Shown one piece after another: positions 51,188 through 63,400 of a stretch of 64,000 bases of DNA. Numbering within the stretch: position 1 is the stretch's first letter; the number at the start of each line of letters is the position of its first letter. The stretch is from Promethearchaeota archaeon (GTDB lineage: Archaea; Asgardarchaeota; Lokiarchaeia; Sigyniarchaeales; SOKP01): positions 85,220 through 149,219 of the forward strand of contig JAUVXW010000006.1 of the NCBI GenBank assembly GCA_030603385.1, given 5' to 3'. The position numbers and the translations under genes are program-made. Under the pieces are notes generated by a model. The model worked only from the letters and a program-made list of their open reading frames with translations, was not told where the DNA came from and searched no databases.

Positions 51188-52111
51188 ATGGTAGTGTGTA
51201 AGTTCTCGGATTTTATTGACGATTTTTTGATCTCAAAAGAGGTCGAAGAAGGATGTGCTCCATCGACAATTAAAGCGTACAATTATGATCTTGATAAACT
51301 TATCAACTTAGTTGGAGATATCGATATGAATTCTCCAATGATCAGGCAACAAATACGGTTATTTTTAAAAAAAATTAAAGATCTCGGGTATACAAAAAAA
51401 GGAATAGGGAGAAAAATAGCTTCATTACGATCTTACTTCAAATTTTTAACTTTAAATGAATTTATAGATAAAAATCCTATGAGTACAATTAGGTCTCCAA
51501 AGATAAAATTAGAGGAGAGTTTACCTAAATTTCTTAATATTTCCGATGTTGAGGTTATCTTTAAAAAATTAAAAGATCGAATATTGTTTAATTCAAGAAA
51601 GAGTCAACGCTATTACTTAATCGTTAGACTACTGTATTCTACTATGGCTCGAGTAAGTGAATTATGCAACATCAGAATAAGAGATATTGATTTTGAAAAG
51701 GGATATATACGCCTACGCGGTAAAGGTAATAAGGAAAGAATTGTTCCTGTGGACCAAAAGACACTAGAAATTTTTAAGGAATCTTTAAATAACCGAATAT
51801 CCTATGATTCTGAAGAATATTTATTAGTGAATACAAGAAATCAGAGATTAAGCCCTCGAGTCGTTCAGACAGATATTAAATATATAAAGGAAAGATGTGG
51901 GTTTCCAGATTCGAAAATTATTACGCCTCATGTGTTTAGACATACCGGAGCTACCCATCTTAGACGTTCAGGAATGGATATAAGCGAGTTACAAGACATT
52001 TTGGGTCATTCGAGCCCTAATACTACGCGAATATATGCTAAAAACGATATTACTAAATTAAAGCAATCATATAGTATGATGCATCCATTGAATAATTCTG
52101 ACAAATTTTAG
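51188..52111 (+). CDS. xerA: Tyrosine recombinase XerA/XerC-like
   Basis: Catalytic R (ARVSEL), K (GKGNKER), HxxR (PHVFRH), LGH and Y (TTRIY), with an N-terminal SAM-like domain. Confidence 0.88.
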   Translation: MVVCKFSDFIDDFLISKEVEEGCAPSTIKAYNYDLDKLINLVGDIDMNSPMIRQQIRLFLKKIKDLGYTKKGIGRKIASLRSYFKFLTLNEFIDKNPMSTIRSPKIKLEESLPKFLNISDVEVIFKKLKDRILFNSRKSQRYYLIVRLLYSTMARVSELCNIRIRDIDFEKGYIRLRGKGNKERIVPVDQKTLEIFKESLNNRISYDSEEYLLVNTRNQRLSPRVVQTDIKYIKERCGFPDSKIITPHVFRHTGATHLRRSGMDISELQDILGHSSPNTTRIYAKNDITKLKQSYSMMHPLNNSDKF

Positions 52112-52241
52112 AGGATAATATTTATTTTTTTAGAATTAATTTTATAAAAGAAAGAAAATAAGTTCATAAGAATAAGAAACTTTATACTTAATTTGTACCA
52201 TTATTACTTATACATTACTAATTAAACCTTTTCGATCTATT

Positions 52242-53438
52242 ATGGACGAGGATGCATTTAGGAAACAATTCATGAAAAAAACAGTTTTTAAACTATTGGG
52301 CTCTCTCGATAAAAGTTGGGTTCCAGACAAATTATATTGTCGAGATGATGCGCTGAGTACACTAATAGTCAATTTTAGGAGAATTTTAGAGGAAGAAGAA
52401 CAACCTTCAATTAATTGTCTTATCTTGGGTAAGGGAGGAGTCGGAAAAACTTGTACTGCTCGTTATTTTGGCAAAAATTTTAGAACAGTTGCCATAGAAA
52501 AGGATGTAAAGCTTTTTATTGAATATTTTGATTGTATTAATTTCCGCTCCAAGAGTAAGATTATCAGAGAGCTCCTCGCCAAATATACCCATGGGAGTGG
52601 TAGAGGCTATAGTGACGACGAAGGCTTAAAGCTAATCCTTAGCAAATTAATTCGAGATAATGGTTATATGTTATTAATTATTGATGAAGTTCATCTCTTG
52701 AAACCAGATGAAGTTTTAGCTTTATTAAATATTGCTGAAACATTTGGTCATCAAAATGCGAAACTTTCGATTTTACTTATCTGTAGAGGTACAGATTGGA
52801 TGCGGATCGAAAATGAAAGAGTTTTAAGCCGACTTAATGAGAAAATTCCCCTTGAACCTTATGATTTCGAAGAAGCAATGCAAATATTAACATATAGAAG
52901 TGAAATTGCTTTAAGAGAATACGTAATAGATGAGGAACTTCTAACAATGGTCGCTCAGATTGTAGTTGAAAATCAAAATATGAGACATGGGATCGAAATT
53001 ATCAGAAAAAGTGGGCTTTATTGTGATAAAGAAAGTTTAGATCAAATTAATGCTGATATCATCAGAGAAGCTTCTGATGATGTTTATCCAACATTTAGAG
53101 CGGAAATTATTGACAGTTTAAAAGATCAAGAACTCTTAGCATTGTATGGGATTGTAAGAACGTTGATAAATAATGGCACTCCATTTGCATTGGTGGATGA
53201 TGCATATGAGGAATATCAATCTATCTGTGAAGGTTATTCAGTAGAACCTCATGTAAAAATGAGTTTTAGAAAATATGTTCGCCAACTGAACCAACTGAAA
53301 ATAATCGCTTCCAAAACTGTAAGAATAGAAGATGCTACACGTGGTAGGCATTTAGAAATAACGTTGTTAGATATTCCTACAGTAAAACTAGCTGAATTAT
53401 TAGAAGATATTTTTGAAAGGAAGTTTGCTAGTTCATAG
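52242..53438 (+). CDS. cdc6: Orc1/Cdc6 replication initiator family AAA+ ATPase
   Basis: PDKLYCRD, Walker A GKGGVGKT, Walker B IIDEVH, SRL and a C-terminal winged-helix region ending RGR. Confidence 0.9.
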   Translation: MDEDAFRKQFMKKTVFKLLGSLDKSWVPDKLYCRDDALSTLIVNFRRILEEEEQPSINCLILGKGGVGKTCTARYFGKNFRTVAIEKDVKLFIEYFDCINFRSKSKIIRELLAKYTHGSGRGYSDDEGLKLILSKLIRDNGYMLLIIDEVHLLKPDEVLALLNIAETFGHQNAKLSILLICRGTDWMRIENERVLSRLNEKIPLEPYDFEEAMQILTYRSEIALREYVIDEELLTMVAQIVVENQNMRHGIEIIRKSGLYCDKESLDQINADIIREASDDVYPTFRAEIIDSLKDQELLALYGIVRTLINNGTPFALVDDAYEEYQSICEGYSVEPHVKMSFRKYVRQLNQLKIIASKTVRIEDATRGRHLEITLLDIPTVKLAELLEDIFERKFASS

Positions 53439-53539
53439 AAACTTAGTTTTTGATAAAAATAAGGTAATTATCGAGATTTTTTAACCTTAATATATTTCTC
53501 TTATAATTAGGAAATTGTTAATTGTATATATCCTATCTC

Positions 53540-53773
53540 TTAATAATCTCTTTCTTTAGACTCCTTGGAGGCAGAAAACCAGTCCAACCATTCTTTACGC
53601 CGGTCTTTTTTGCGTTGTGACTCATCTACATTGATGATATTTTCACTCCTTACTTTTTTCCAATCTCTGTCAAGTTCATGCCGTGTTAAGGATAAACCAC
53701 ATGATTGGCAAACCATTTGTTTAATAGCTGATTGGTATTTCATAAAACCCCCACATTCTGGACAGCGTGCCAT
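53540..53773 (-). CDS. Small zinc-ribbon protein
   Basis: MARCPECGG...CQSCG; ATG 53773 is the more plausible start. Confidence 0.75.
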   Translation of the reverse strand: MARCPECGGFMKYQSAIKQMVCQSCGLSLTRHELDRDWKKVRSENIINVDESQRKKDRRKEWLDWFSASKESKERDY

Positions 53774-53931
53774 AGCAAATTTTTCTTTCTTATTTTTTAT
53801 TTCATACGTGTTATTATAATACAATTATTGAAAATTAAAATAATTATGGTATAATTAATAACACCCAAATTTAATTTCAATGAACAATTTTGAGTATAAA
53901 ATTTTAGAAAAAAAGAATATAAAGTGAGTAT

Positions 53932-55140
53932 ATGAGTTCAAATAAATCTAAAGTCTATTTTGGTTCAATTCAGCATGGTAAAGTATGGCCTTTTGCCTCT
54001 TTTCCAGTAAAAGTAGATAAAATCACTGAGATATTAATGGAGCAGACACCTATAGAAGAAAAAGATAAGGTAGCAATTAAAATGCATCTTGGATTTAATG
54101 ATGGATATCAGACTATTCCTGTTTTCTTTGTTCGTCGTATTGTCGAGGCTGTAAAAAGAACTGGGGGTTATCCTTTCATTACTGACAATCCTACAGCAGT
54201 TTATAACGCAGTAAAAAGAGGGTATACCCAAGAAACATGTGGATGTCCAATCATACCTATAGCTGGAGTAAAGGATGGATATACTACACCTGTAAAAATC
54301 AACTTTAAAGGTTTTGACACACTTGATCTTGGTGGTGTGTTAAAGGATGCTGATGTTTTAATTGATTTATCTCATGCTAAGGGACATGGAGCATGTGGTT
54401 ATGGCGGTGCTATCAAAAATCTCGCACTAGGAGGTTACTCGGGACCAACTCGATGGGTAAAGATACATGGGGTATCTCATATCGATAAGTATTGGGATAG
54501 TGTAAAGGGATCTCCTGAGCATGCAAGGAAACTCGTTGAAGCATGTCCCTATGGAGCTCTTCGTTATGATGAAGAGAAAGAAAATCTTATAAGGAATTAT
54601 CATGATTGTCACCAATGTTTTACTTGTTTAGAAATAGATCAAGATATAGGGGCATTAAAGCTTCCTCGAGAAAGTTATACAGCTTTTCAGGAAATGATGG
54701 CTATTTCATCAAGTAAAGTACTCGAAACATTTGATAGTTCTAAAGTGTTCTACCTCAATTTCTTGTTAAATATTACCACATACTGTGATTGTTTAGGTAC
54801 TGCTCAACCTTCCATAGTTAATGATATTGGAATAGTAGGATCGAAAGATATTGTTGCTATCGAAACTGCAACACTCGATCTCATCAAAAAGGAGGGATTA
54901 ATTGAGAAAAACATACCTCCATTTTTAAAACATGTTAATCTTGATCCTAATGAAGATTTGCATCCTTTCACAAGACTTCATGGACCTTATAAAGATCCGT
55001 ATGAATCTGTTAGGTTTGTTGAGAAATTAGGTAAAGGAACATCTCGGTATGAATTAGTTGAAATATTATCTCCAGAAGAGACAGCTAATATGAAGACACC
55101 AGAAAAAGCATTTGAAAGAGGAGAACCAACCTTTATGTAG
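53932..55140 (+). CDS. DUF362-family Fe-S protein
   Basis: VAIKMHLG, SHAKGHG, GGAIKNLALG, CDC and DIVAIE motifs with an embedded ferredoxin-like segment. Confidence 0.85.
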   Translation: MSSNKSKVYFGSIQHGKVWPFASFPVKVDKITEILMEQTPIEEKDKVAIKMHLGFNDGYQTIPVFFVRRIVEAVKRTGGYPFITDNPTAVYNAVKRGYTQETCGCPIIPIAGVKDGYTTPVKINFKGFDTLDLGGVLKDADVLIDLSHAKGHGACGYGGAIKNLALGGYSGPTRWVKIHGVSHIDKYWDSVKGSPEHARKLVEACPYGALRYDEEKENLIRNYHDCHQCFTCLEIDQDIGALKLPRESYTAFQEMMAISSSKVLETFDSSKVFYLNFLLNITTYCDCLGTAQPSIVNDIGIVGSKDIVAIETATLDLIKKEGLIEKNIPPFLKHVNLDPNEDLHPFTRLHGPYKDPYESVRFVEKLGKGTSRYELVEILSPEETANMKTPEKAFERGEPTFM

Positions 55141-55181
55141 GTGTAAAAATCAAATAATAAAAACTCTTTTTTTTCAATTTT

Positions 55182-56510
55182 TCAGAATGAGACAGTTAGG
55201 TTTGAGAAAGCCATGTACGGAAAAAGTGAGTTTGCTGAAAATTCAGTTTCTTTTGAAATAAATTCACAATTTTTTACCATTTCCAAGATATTACCACTAA
55301 CATTTCCACCTTTAATTGGATTTTTATATTCCCCATTTTTTATATAATACCCATTTCTTATTTCAGCACCAAAGAATCCTGACATTTCTTCTGGATTAAG
55401 CCATGAAAACTTTTCTATGAAATATCCTTCTTGAATATCAGATATTATTTCTTCTAAGGAAATATCTCCAGGTAAAATTTGGAAATTACTAATTCCATTA
55501 ACAACTGAACCATAATTATCTCTCATACCGTTTCCCGTCGAACCTAAGTTTTCTAAAATTCCATATTTTTGATCATAGAGGCGTTTTTGGAAAACACCAT
55601 TCTTTATAATTTCAGTTTTTTGATGTGGATTACCCTCGCCATCCCATGAATTAGAACTTAACCCTCCCTCAAGTAAACCATTATCTATAACTGAAATTTT
55701 CTCAGCTGCTACATTATCATTTATTTTGTAAGCAGAGATTTTTTCATTGGAGGCTTTACCTAAAGAATGAAAGCCAATGACGGGAATTAAGGCTCTTCTG
55801 AGAACATGTGGAGGAAATATAACAACTACCTTCTGGTTTGGTTTTGGTGGTTCAGCAGTTAAAGTATCTTTAGCTATCTTTGCCCATTTTTCAACTCTCT
55901 TTTCAAAATTCAAATGCTCTTTTTCCTTAATATATTCTGTTGTCCAGTACTCTGATAATTTTCCGTTCTTTTGAGCTTTTATTGAAAATTCTATGAAAAA
56001 GAATGTTTTTAAAGCATCAAGATCTAACCCACTACTATTTCTTAAATATTTCTTTTGAGAATGGACTCTAAACCGTCCGAAAGTAGGGACAACTTCTTTT
56101 TGGTCTTTAACTACGCTTATAAGCTCTTGACTATATAAGTTTTTAAGGTCTATTGGATTTTTTACTATTTTTGGGTCTGCTATAGTAATCTTTGAAAATG
56201 ATTGATTGTCTGGAAAAAGGTACTTTGAACTGGTATTGTATTTAGAGATGGATACACAAGTATCAATATTTTTCTTAATTTCATTTGAATCGAGAGAATT
56301 TCCTTTAATAACACCAATACCAGTTTCATCGCCTTTCTGAGTGAGAATACGAATAAAATACTCGAAATCTTTAACTTCTCTTTCGGTTTCGGGTTTTGTC
56401 TTTAAAAAAATTGTTTCATAAAGTTCTCTTTCAATTAAATAAATCTCATATTCCTCAATACTTTTTGACTTGAGATTTTTCTCAATAATATCTAATTTTT
56501 CATTTAGCAT
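55182..56510 (-). CDS. pmbA: TldE/PmbA family protein
   Basis: WDGEG, STGNG, GYYIKNGE and SGNI motifs; no HExxxH; adjacent to tldD. Confidence 0.85.
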   Translation of the reverse strand: MLNEKLDIIEKNLKSKSIEEYEIYLIERELYETIFLKTKPETEREVKDFEYFIRILTQKGDETGIGVIKGNSLDSNEIKKNIDTCVSISKYNTSSKYLFPDNQSFSKITIADPKIVKNPIDLKNLYSQELISVVKDQKEVVPTFGRFRVHSQKKYLRNSSGLDLDALKTFFFIEFSIKAQKNGKLSEYWTTEYIKEKEHLNFEKRVEKWAKIAKDTLTAEPPKPNQKVVVIFPPHVLRRALIPVIGFHSLGKASNEKISAYKINDNVAAEKISVIDNGLLEGGLSSNSWDGEGNPHQKTEIIKNGVFQKRLYDQKYGILENLGSTGNGMRDNYGSVVNGISNFQILPGDISLEEIISDIQEGYFIEKFSWLNPEEMSGFFGAEIRNGYYIKNGEYKNPIKGGNVSGNILEMVKNCEFISKETEFSANSLFPYMAFSNLTVSF

Positions 56511-56519
56511 ATCTCAATC

Positions 56520-57902
56520 TCACCCCGGACTTATTAAAGCACTTTTCATTCGAATAAAACTACCTCCGCTAGTAACAGGAACCATGTCCTCATTCCCTTT
56601 ACCGCATGTTCCACCATCGAGTTCCAATGGATCACGGCTAATCGCATCAATATTTTGTAGTAATTCTAATACTGGACCACTTAAAGCAATAGCTTTTAGA
56701 ATTTTTGTTTTCACACCGTTCTCGATCAAATATCCCTTCTTTGAAGTACATTGGCAACCTCCACCGATAGGATCTTCCATTCCGAAATAACCATGCTGTA
56801 GAATTACACCATTTTTAATTTCTGAGATCATTTCTTCTAATGAATAATCTCCTGACTCAAAATATGTGTTAGTCATCCTGGGGTGAACAGGATGAGCATA
56901 ACTCTCTCTCCTTCCATTACCTTTAGGAATTTTATTTAATGCTGAAGCCGTTCTTCTATCATAAATAAAATTTTTTAAAATTCCTCGTTCAACTAGTGCA
57001 TTTTTCCCTGCTCGAATACCTTCATCATCAAAAAAAAATGACCCTAATTTATTTTCTATAGTGGGGGAATCAATAATTGTACAGATGTCAGAGGCTACCT
57101 TCAAATTAAGTTTATCTTTTAAATAGCTTCTTTCTCGTAATATTTGATCAGCTTCAAGACCATGTCCAAAACTTTCGTGAGCGATTAATCCAGACATACT
57201 AGGATCTAAAATAAGGGGATATTTTCCTGATGGTGGTAATGTAGATTTTAGCATTTCCAATGAATTTTGAACAATTGATTCTAACTTATTATCTTCAATA
57301 TCATCAAAGATTTCATAACCAATCTCGCCACCTGCGATGTAATAATCAAAATCTACTACGGACCCTTCTTTTGCAATGGGAAATATGAAAATTCTGGTTC
57401 TTGGAATTACTTGTCGTAGTTGACATCCTTCATTATTAAAAAATATCCGTTCTGTAATTGTTTCTAGGTATCTAATCTGCGCGTTTATAATTCTTTCGTC
57501 ACTACTCATTATGTAGTCATAGATATATCTAACCTTATCAATTTTATCATCAATTGGTATTTTGGAAGGATCTATTTTTGGTATTATTTCTTGATTCATC
57601 ATCCAACCATCAAACTCAGAAATATCTTTGCCGTGATTGGTAGTTCTAGGAATTTTTTCCCCTATTTTCTTAAGAGATGAGAGGTCTTCAAATGTTATTT
57701 CTTTCCATTTTCCTAAGTAAGTGCGAGCCACAATTCCCGATTTTTTAGTATTAACAGATATATCTTCAGAGGAACGAGTCTTACTGATCAGAGTTGAGGA
57801 AGTTGAATCATATAATATATCAAAGTATTGATCACTTCGCTTATAACTATTTGAAATCTCTTCAAAAGCAGTAAAGATCTCTTCAAACGATTTTTCAGTC
57901 AT
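56520..57902 (-). CDS. tldD: TldD metalloprotease
   Basis: AHESFGHGLEAD, FDDEG, GNGRRES, PRMTNTY and GTCGK motifs. Confidence 0.93.
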   Translation of the reverse strand: MTEKSFEEIFTAFEEISNSYKRSDQYFDILYDSTSSTLISKTRSSEDISVNTKKSGIVARTYLGKWKEITFEDLSSLKKIGEKIPRTTNHGKDISEFDGWMMNQEIIPKIDPSKIPIDDKIDKVRYIYDYIMSSDERIINAQIRYLETITERIFFNNEGCQLRQVIPRTRIFIFPIAKEGSVVDFDYYIAGGEIGYEIFDDIEDNKLESIVQNSLEMLKSTLPPSGKYPLILDPSMSGLIAHESFGHGLEADQILRERSYLKDKLNLKVASDICTIIDSPTIENKLGSFFFDDEGIRAGKNALVERGILKNFIYDRRTASALNKIPKGNGRRESYAHPVHPRMTNTYFESGDYSLEEMISEIKNGVILQHGYFGMEDPIGGGCQCTSKKGYLIENGVKTKILKAIALSGPVLELLQNIDAISRDPLELDGGTCGKGNEDMVPVTSGGSFIRMKSALISPG

Positions 57903-57990
57903 ATTTTTTCAAGTCAATGCAACAGTTTTATTAATATCTAGTTCCTAATTAGATTAAGTTATATCATCTTCCGTTATTGTTCCTAAGATT

Positions 57991-59436
57991 TTATTCAATA
58001 TCAAGTATTTCTTTTATGAACTTTTTCTTTTCTTCCAGATTGGCTTGACGCGAAATCATAATTCTCTGCGTCATAGGGCTTCCTGCTCCATGCATGGATT
58101 CCGTCCGATAGCTTACCGAAGCAACTCCCATCGTCAAATTTTCAATGAAACGCAGAACTTTATATCGATCATCAGGGCCTATTCCTTCACATGTGGAAAG
58201 ATATTTGTTCATTAAGGGCCCAATTTCCTCAGACTTGAAATCTGCTTCAGAAGGAAGTGTACATATTAATCCCCCGGCGAGATCTTCAGCTAATCTCCCT
58301 ATTTCATAGGGAAATCGAGTAACATTTTGTTTACATACATTTGCAAGTAACATATCCATTTCATAATTTCCAGCTTCTCTTTGAAAACCTAAAGAACTAC
58401 ATGCAATCCCACAGCTATACAGGGTTTCATTTAGATGCACCATCTCAACAAGTTTATCTCGAATGTGAGAAGCTTTTTCAGTTCCGTTATATTCTGATAT
58501 TAAAGCTGCTGCCCCAATAAGTACATCTCCAACTCCAACTTTACACCCGCCATATGATTGTCTATGAAAACCAGCAAATCTATTAACTAATTCTCCTGAG
58601 AATTCAATTTCACCCTTCATAAAGATTTGATCTTTTGGAACAAACACATTATCAAAGATTACAAATATCTCTTGACCTCCATATTTAAAGTTACCAATAT
58701 CTAATTTTCCTTTTTCCATTTTTCTAGTATCGCATGATTGCCTTCCATATACTAAAGTGATTCCTTTAGCATTAGTATCTATTCCGAAACTAACAGCGTA
58801 TTCTTCTTCTCCAGGACGTATAGTAAGAGTAGGCATAATAATGGCTCTATGAGAGTTTAAAAATCCAGTTTGATGAACTTTTGCACCTCGAACGACAATA
58901 CCGTCATCATTCTCTTCCACAATATGCAAATATGTATCTGGATCTGATTGTTGATTTGGCCTTTTACTTCGATCTCCTTTTGCATCTGTCATAGCTCCAT
59001 CAACCATTAAATCTTGATTTTGTGCTTCAATCCAATAATTTTTGAATCGGTTATGATAATCTGTTCCATATTTTTCATCCATTTCGAAAGTTACACTATA
59101 TAATGCATTGGCTGTGTCAAAGCCAACACATCTCTGAAAACAACACGCAGTTTTTTGCCCAAGTAATCTTTGCATTTGTACTTTTCTGATTAAATCATCT
59201 ATAGATTGATGGATGTGAGTGAATCTATTTATTAATTCGCCTGTCCAATGGGAAGTTGCTGTCATGATATCTTTATATTCATCTATTTGCGCCAATTCAT
59301 AGATTTTCATTACGGTGTTAATTGATGGCTTAATAATTGGGTGATTCCAGAACTCTTCCACCTTTTCGCCAAACATATACAAATTTACGGGTCTTTTAAT
59401 ACTTTCCAAATATTCTTCTGGTGTTTTTAATGGCAT
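57991..59436 (-). CDS. abfD: 4-hydroxybutyryl-CoA dehydratase / vinylacetyl-CoA isomerase
   Basis: CFQRCVG, GAMTDAKGDRS, HRQSYGGCK (Fe-S ligands) and ESMHGAGSP motifs. Confidence 0.92.
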   Translation of the reverse strand: MPLKTPEEYLESIKRPVNLYMFGEKVEEFWNHPIIKPSINTVMKIYELAQIDEYKDIMTATSHWTGELINRFTHIHQSIDDLIRKVQMQRLLGQKTACCFQRCVGFDTANALYSVTFEMDEKYGTDYHNRFKNYWIEAQNQDLMVDGAMTDAKGDRSKRPNQQSDPDTYLHIVEENDDGIVVRGAKVHQTGFLNSHRAIIMPTLTIRPGEEEYAVSFGIDTNAKGITLVYGRQSCDTRKMEKGKLDIGNFKYGGQEIFVIFDNVFVPKDQIFMKGEIEFSGELVNRFAGFHRQSYGGCKVGVGDVLIGAAALISEYNGTEKASHIRDKLVEMVHLNETLYSCGIACSSLGFQREAGNYEMDMLLANVCKQNVTRFPYEIGRLAEDLAGGLICTLPSEADFKSEEIGPLMNKYLSTCEGIGPDDRYKVLRFIENLTMGVASVSYRTESMHGAGSPMTQRIMISRQANLEEKKKFIKEILDIE

Positions 59437-59566
59437 AATTATTATCTGTTCCAAATATATCTAGTTAGATTAAAAACTGATAATTTAGTATTATAAAAAT
59501 CTAAGTTTTTAATATTTAATTATAATGAAGCATAACTTAGTGGAGGAATCTTTAGTTATAAATGAA

Positions 59567-60502
59567 CTATTCTTCTTGTAGCGATTCTTCCTCATTGCTT
59601 TTTTTGAGGTTAGCAGTTTGAGAATATCCTTGAGGTTGTTCTTCTAAATAGCTTATTCTTTTTTCTAATATAGTCATTGTCTCTATAATATTATTCATTA
59701 TTTTATTTGTCTCTCTAATTTCAAAGTGGAGGTCCCCGAGTTGATTCAGAATAAATGTCATAACCTTAGATTCCTTAACTGGTTCGATTAACCAATTGAT
59801 TATATTTTGTATAAATTTTTGATTGTCTAAAGAATTTGAACCAATGTTTGAATCAGAGGTAAAAATATCAATGTCTCCAATCGCTATAACTTTACCTTGT
59901 CCAAATTCAGAATATGCTGCGATAATTTGCTTTTCCTCTTCACCATCTTTTATCCATTGCTCAGTGGAACTATCAAATATTTCTGGCCAAGTCTCTTCAC
60001 TAGATTGCAATAATGGTTTAGCATCTTTACTCAAGAAAAGTGAACACGTTCCTCCTATTTTTATCTCCCTAATGTGTTTTGTTAATTGATGCTTTAAAAA
60101 ATTTTGGATGTGTAAAATACTAGTGCAATTTTGATTAGCCTTGTTTACTTCTTTAAGGAGATTTTTTTCGAATTTAATTCCAAATTTTCCAGAAATATCA
60201 TTTATATTGGTTTTTTGAAGGTAGTCAGAGCCATATTCGCTTAATAATAACAGTCTCCCTCCAGATCTGACAAAATCTACAATTATTTTGACCTCTGGGG
60301 TTGAAAAGAAATCATCAATAGGATTTCCAATAACTAAAAGATCCACACCTCTTACCATTTCTTTTGTAAGATGTTCACTTTCGTTTTTTTTAATGTTTAT
60401 ATCTAATCTCCTTAATAGATTTGAAAATTCAGAGAATTCTTTATCTTCTATATTCAACATTTCATTATGAGCGACATCAAATAAAATCGTTTTTTTCAGC
60501 AT
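59567..60502 (-). CDS. GIFT-domain (IFT52/GldG-like) cytoplasmic protein with a C-terminal coiled coil
   Basis: ILFDVAHNE, LLVIGNP, FVRSGGRLLLL, TNIN...FGI and GKVIAIGD...DN...NIINWL; no signal peptide. Confidence 0.75.
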   Translation of the reverse strand: MLKKTILFDVAHNEMLNIEDKEFSEFSNLLRRLDINIKKNESEHLTKEMVRGVDLLVIGNPIDDFFSTPEVKIIVDFVRSGGRLLLLSEYGSDYLQKTNINDISGKFGIKFEKNLLKEVNKANQNCTSILHIQNFLKHQLTKHIREIKIGGTCSLFLSKDAKPLLQSSEETWPEIFDSSTEQWIKDGEEEKQIIAAYSEFGQGKVIAIGDIDIFTSDSNIGSNSLDNQKFIQNIINWLIEPVKESKVMTFILNQLGDLHFEIRETNKIMNNIIETMTILEKRISYLEEQPQGYSQTANLKKSNEEESLQEE

Positions 60503-60720
60503 CTTTTCGGCGTCTTTAAAGAAATAATCTCTCTAAAGGAGGGGATTTGTTAATTATTAATAGTATGTTAAAATAAGATTATGTCTCTAATGAAAATTCA
60601 AATATAAAAATCATTACATATCTGTTTCTCCATACCAAAAATTTTTTAAACTGTTTATAATACTCTTTTTTGGATTAGATTAAGTGATACAATTATAAAA
60701 AAATGTCAAATGGAAAATGA

Positions 60721-62025
<1,305 letters not shown>

Positions 62026-62070
62026 GTAATGATTTTTTATTTTTTTTATTTTTTTCTAATGAAAGAAGTA

Positions 62071-62592
62071 TTAAAAATTGGGGTTTTCAGCCATTTTTAA
62101 TTCAAATTGCTTACCGCAATAAAAACAAAAAGCGATTCCTCTTGAGATTAGAAGGGATTCCATTGAATCTGTTATTTTTTGTCCACATTCAGTACAGTAG
62201 TAAGGAATTCTTATTTCATTTCTTTCGATTAAATTTGAAGCTTGTTGAGGAGGAATTGTTGGAGATTCAGGAGTTTGTGGTATTAATTCTTCCTGTTTCT
62301 TTGGTTTCCCCGAAATAGCATAGGATAATATTTCAAATAATTTATATAGACCAAGGAAAATACCCTTAAAAAGATAATATAATCCTTTAAATAAGTAATA
62401 TAATAAATATGCAACACCCTTCAAAATATAATAAACTAGAACAACAGCAAGTATAGAAAGTGCTATAATCGTAATGATAAATAAAGTTTGGATAAGTAAC
62501 GGTAATTCTAAAAACCATCCAAGGGGGTCTTCCCATATATAATCCCAACCAGTTTGAAATCTGCTCCAATCAATATTCATATTTATTCTCAA
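62071..62592 (-). CDS. Membrane protein with a C-terminal zinc ribbon
   Basis: Long hydrophobic/aromatic segment with LYYLFKG repeats and C-terminal CTECG...CFYCG. Confidence 0.65.
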   Translation of the reverse strand: MRINMNIDWSRFQTGWDYIWEDPLGWFLELPLLIQTLFIITIIALSILAVVLVYYILKGVAYLLYYLFKGLYYLFKGIFLGLYKLFEILSYAISGKPKKQEELIPQTPESPTIPPQQASNLIERNEIRIPYYCTECGQKITDSMESLLISRGIAFCFYCGKQFELKMAENPNF

Positions 62593-62679
62593 ATTAAAAT
62601 AACATTTATACTATTAAAAAAAAAATGGAGTCCAGTTTTTATTAACTAAATATATTGAAAAGTAATTGGGGAATTCTTC

Positions 62680-63240
62680 TTATTTAAAGCATACTAACCC
62701 AAAACGGTAAACATAATTTATTGGTGGCCATTCTAAATTAAGATTTAGATTTCTGACAGTTTTAGTAACATCTATGCCAACAGCTTCCATAGAATATCGT
62801 TTTTTATCAGGGTATCGACAAGGATCACCATCATCATAAGTACATCCCTTATCCATTTTATTAAAACAAACTCGGCAAAATCCATCCCATAAAATAAGCT
62901 TTTGTTCATATTCATTTCGATAATTTTCAAGAAATATATATATCTCTTTCTCTAGTTTGTTCCTTGAGAAATTGCCCATTAAAAGCATATTCTTTATTTT
63001 TTTTTCATTTAATTCAGGATTTTTAGCTTTTTTTTTCTTGATATATTGAATAACATCAAGTTCATAATAAATGAGATAAAACTTATTAAAATTTGATACT
63101 GATTCTTCTAAATATGGTGCTTCAGGAGGACATGCCCATGAATGCCCATAACTAGGACACTTAAAATTAGGACTTACACAATATGTTTGAACTTTCGGAT
63201 CAAATATTATATCTCCTAATTTAATTTCAAGAAATGGCAA
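62680..63240 (-). CDS. DUF2284-family metal-binding protein
   Basis: CPSYGHSWACPP, CRVC, CRYP and SMEAVGIDV motifs. Confidence 0.88.
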   Translation of the reverse strand: MPFLEIKLGDIIFDPKVQTYCVSPNFKCPSYGHSWACPPEAPYLEESVSNFNKFYLIYYELDVIQYIKKKKAKNPELNEKKIKNMLLMGNFSRNKLEKEIYIFLENYRNEYEQKLILWDGFCRVCFNKMDKGCTYDDGDPCRYPDKKRYSMEAVGIDVTKTVRNLNLNLEWPPINYVYRFGLVCFK

Positions 63241-63400
63241 GAGAAGTTTTAATTGACGTATTTAAAGTGTTAAAATTGTAATTATGTAATATTTTTTTCG
63301 ATTTTAATCTACAACTCTTAATTGCTAAAGTAAAAATACAATTTTTTTTAAGAAATAAATGATAAATGTGATTATTAAATTAATTCTTAATGTGAGTGAA

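Noticed and set aside
52112-52241. Replication origin (ORB repeats) beside cdc6
   Set aside because: The region is AT-rich, but no TCCA-GTGGAAAC-like box or G-string is visible on either side of the gene.
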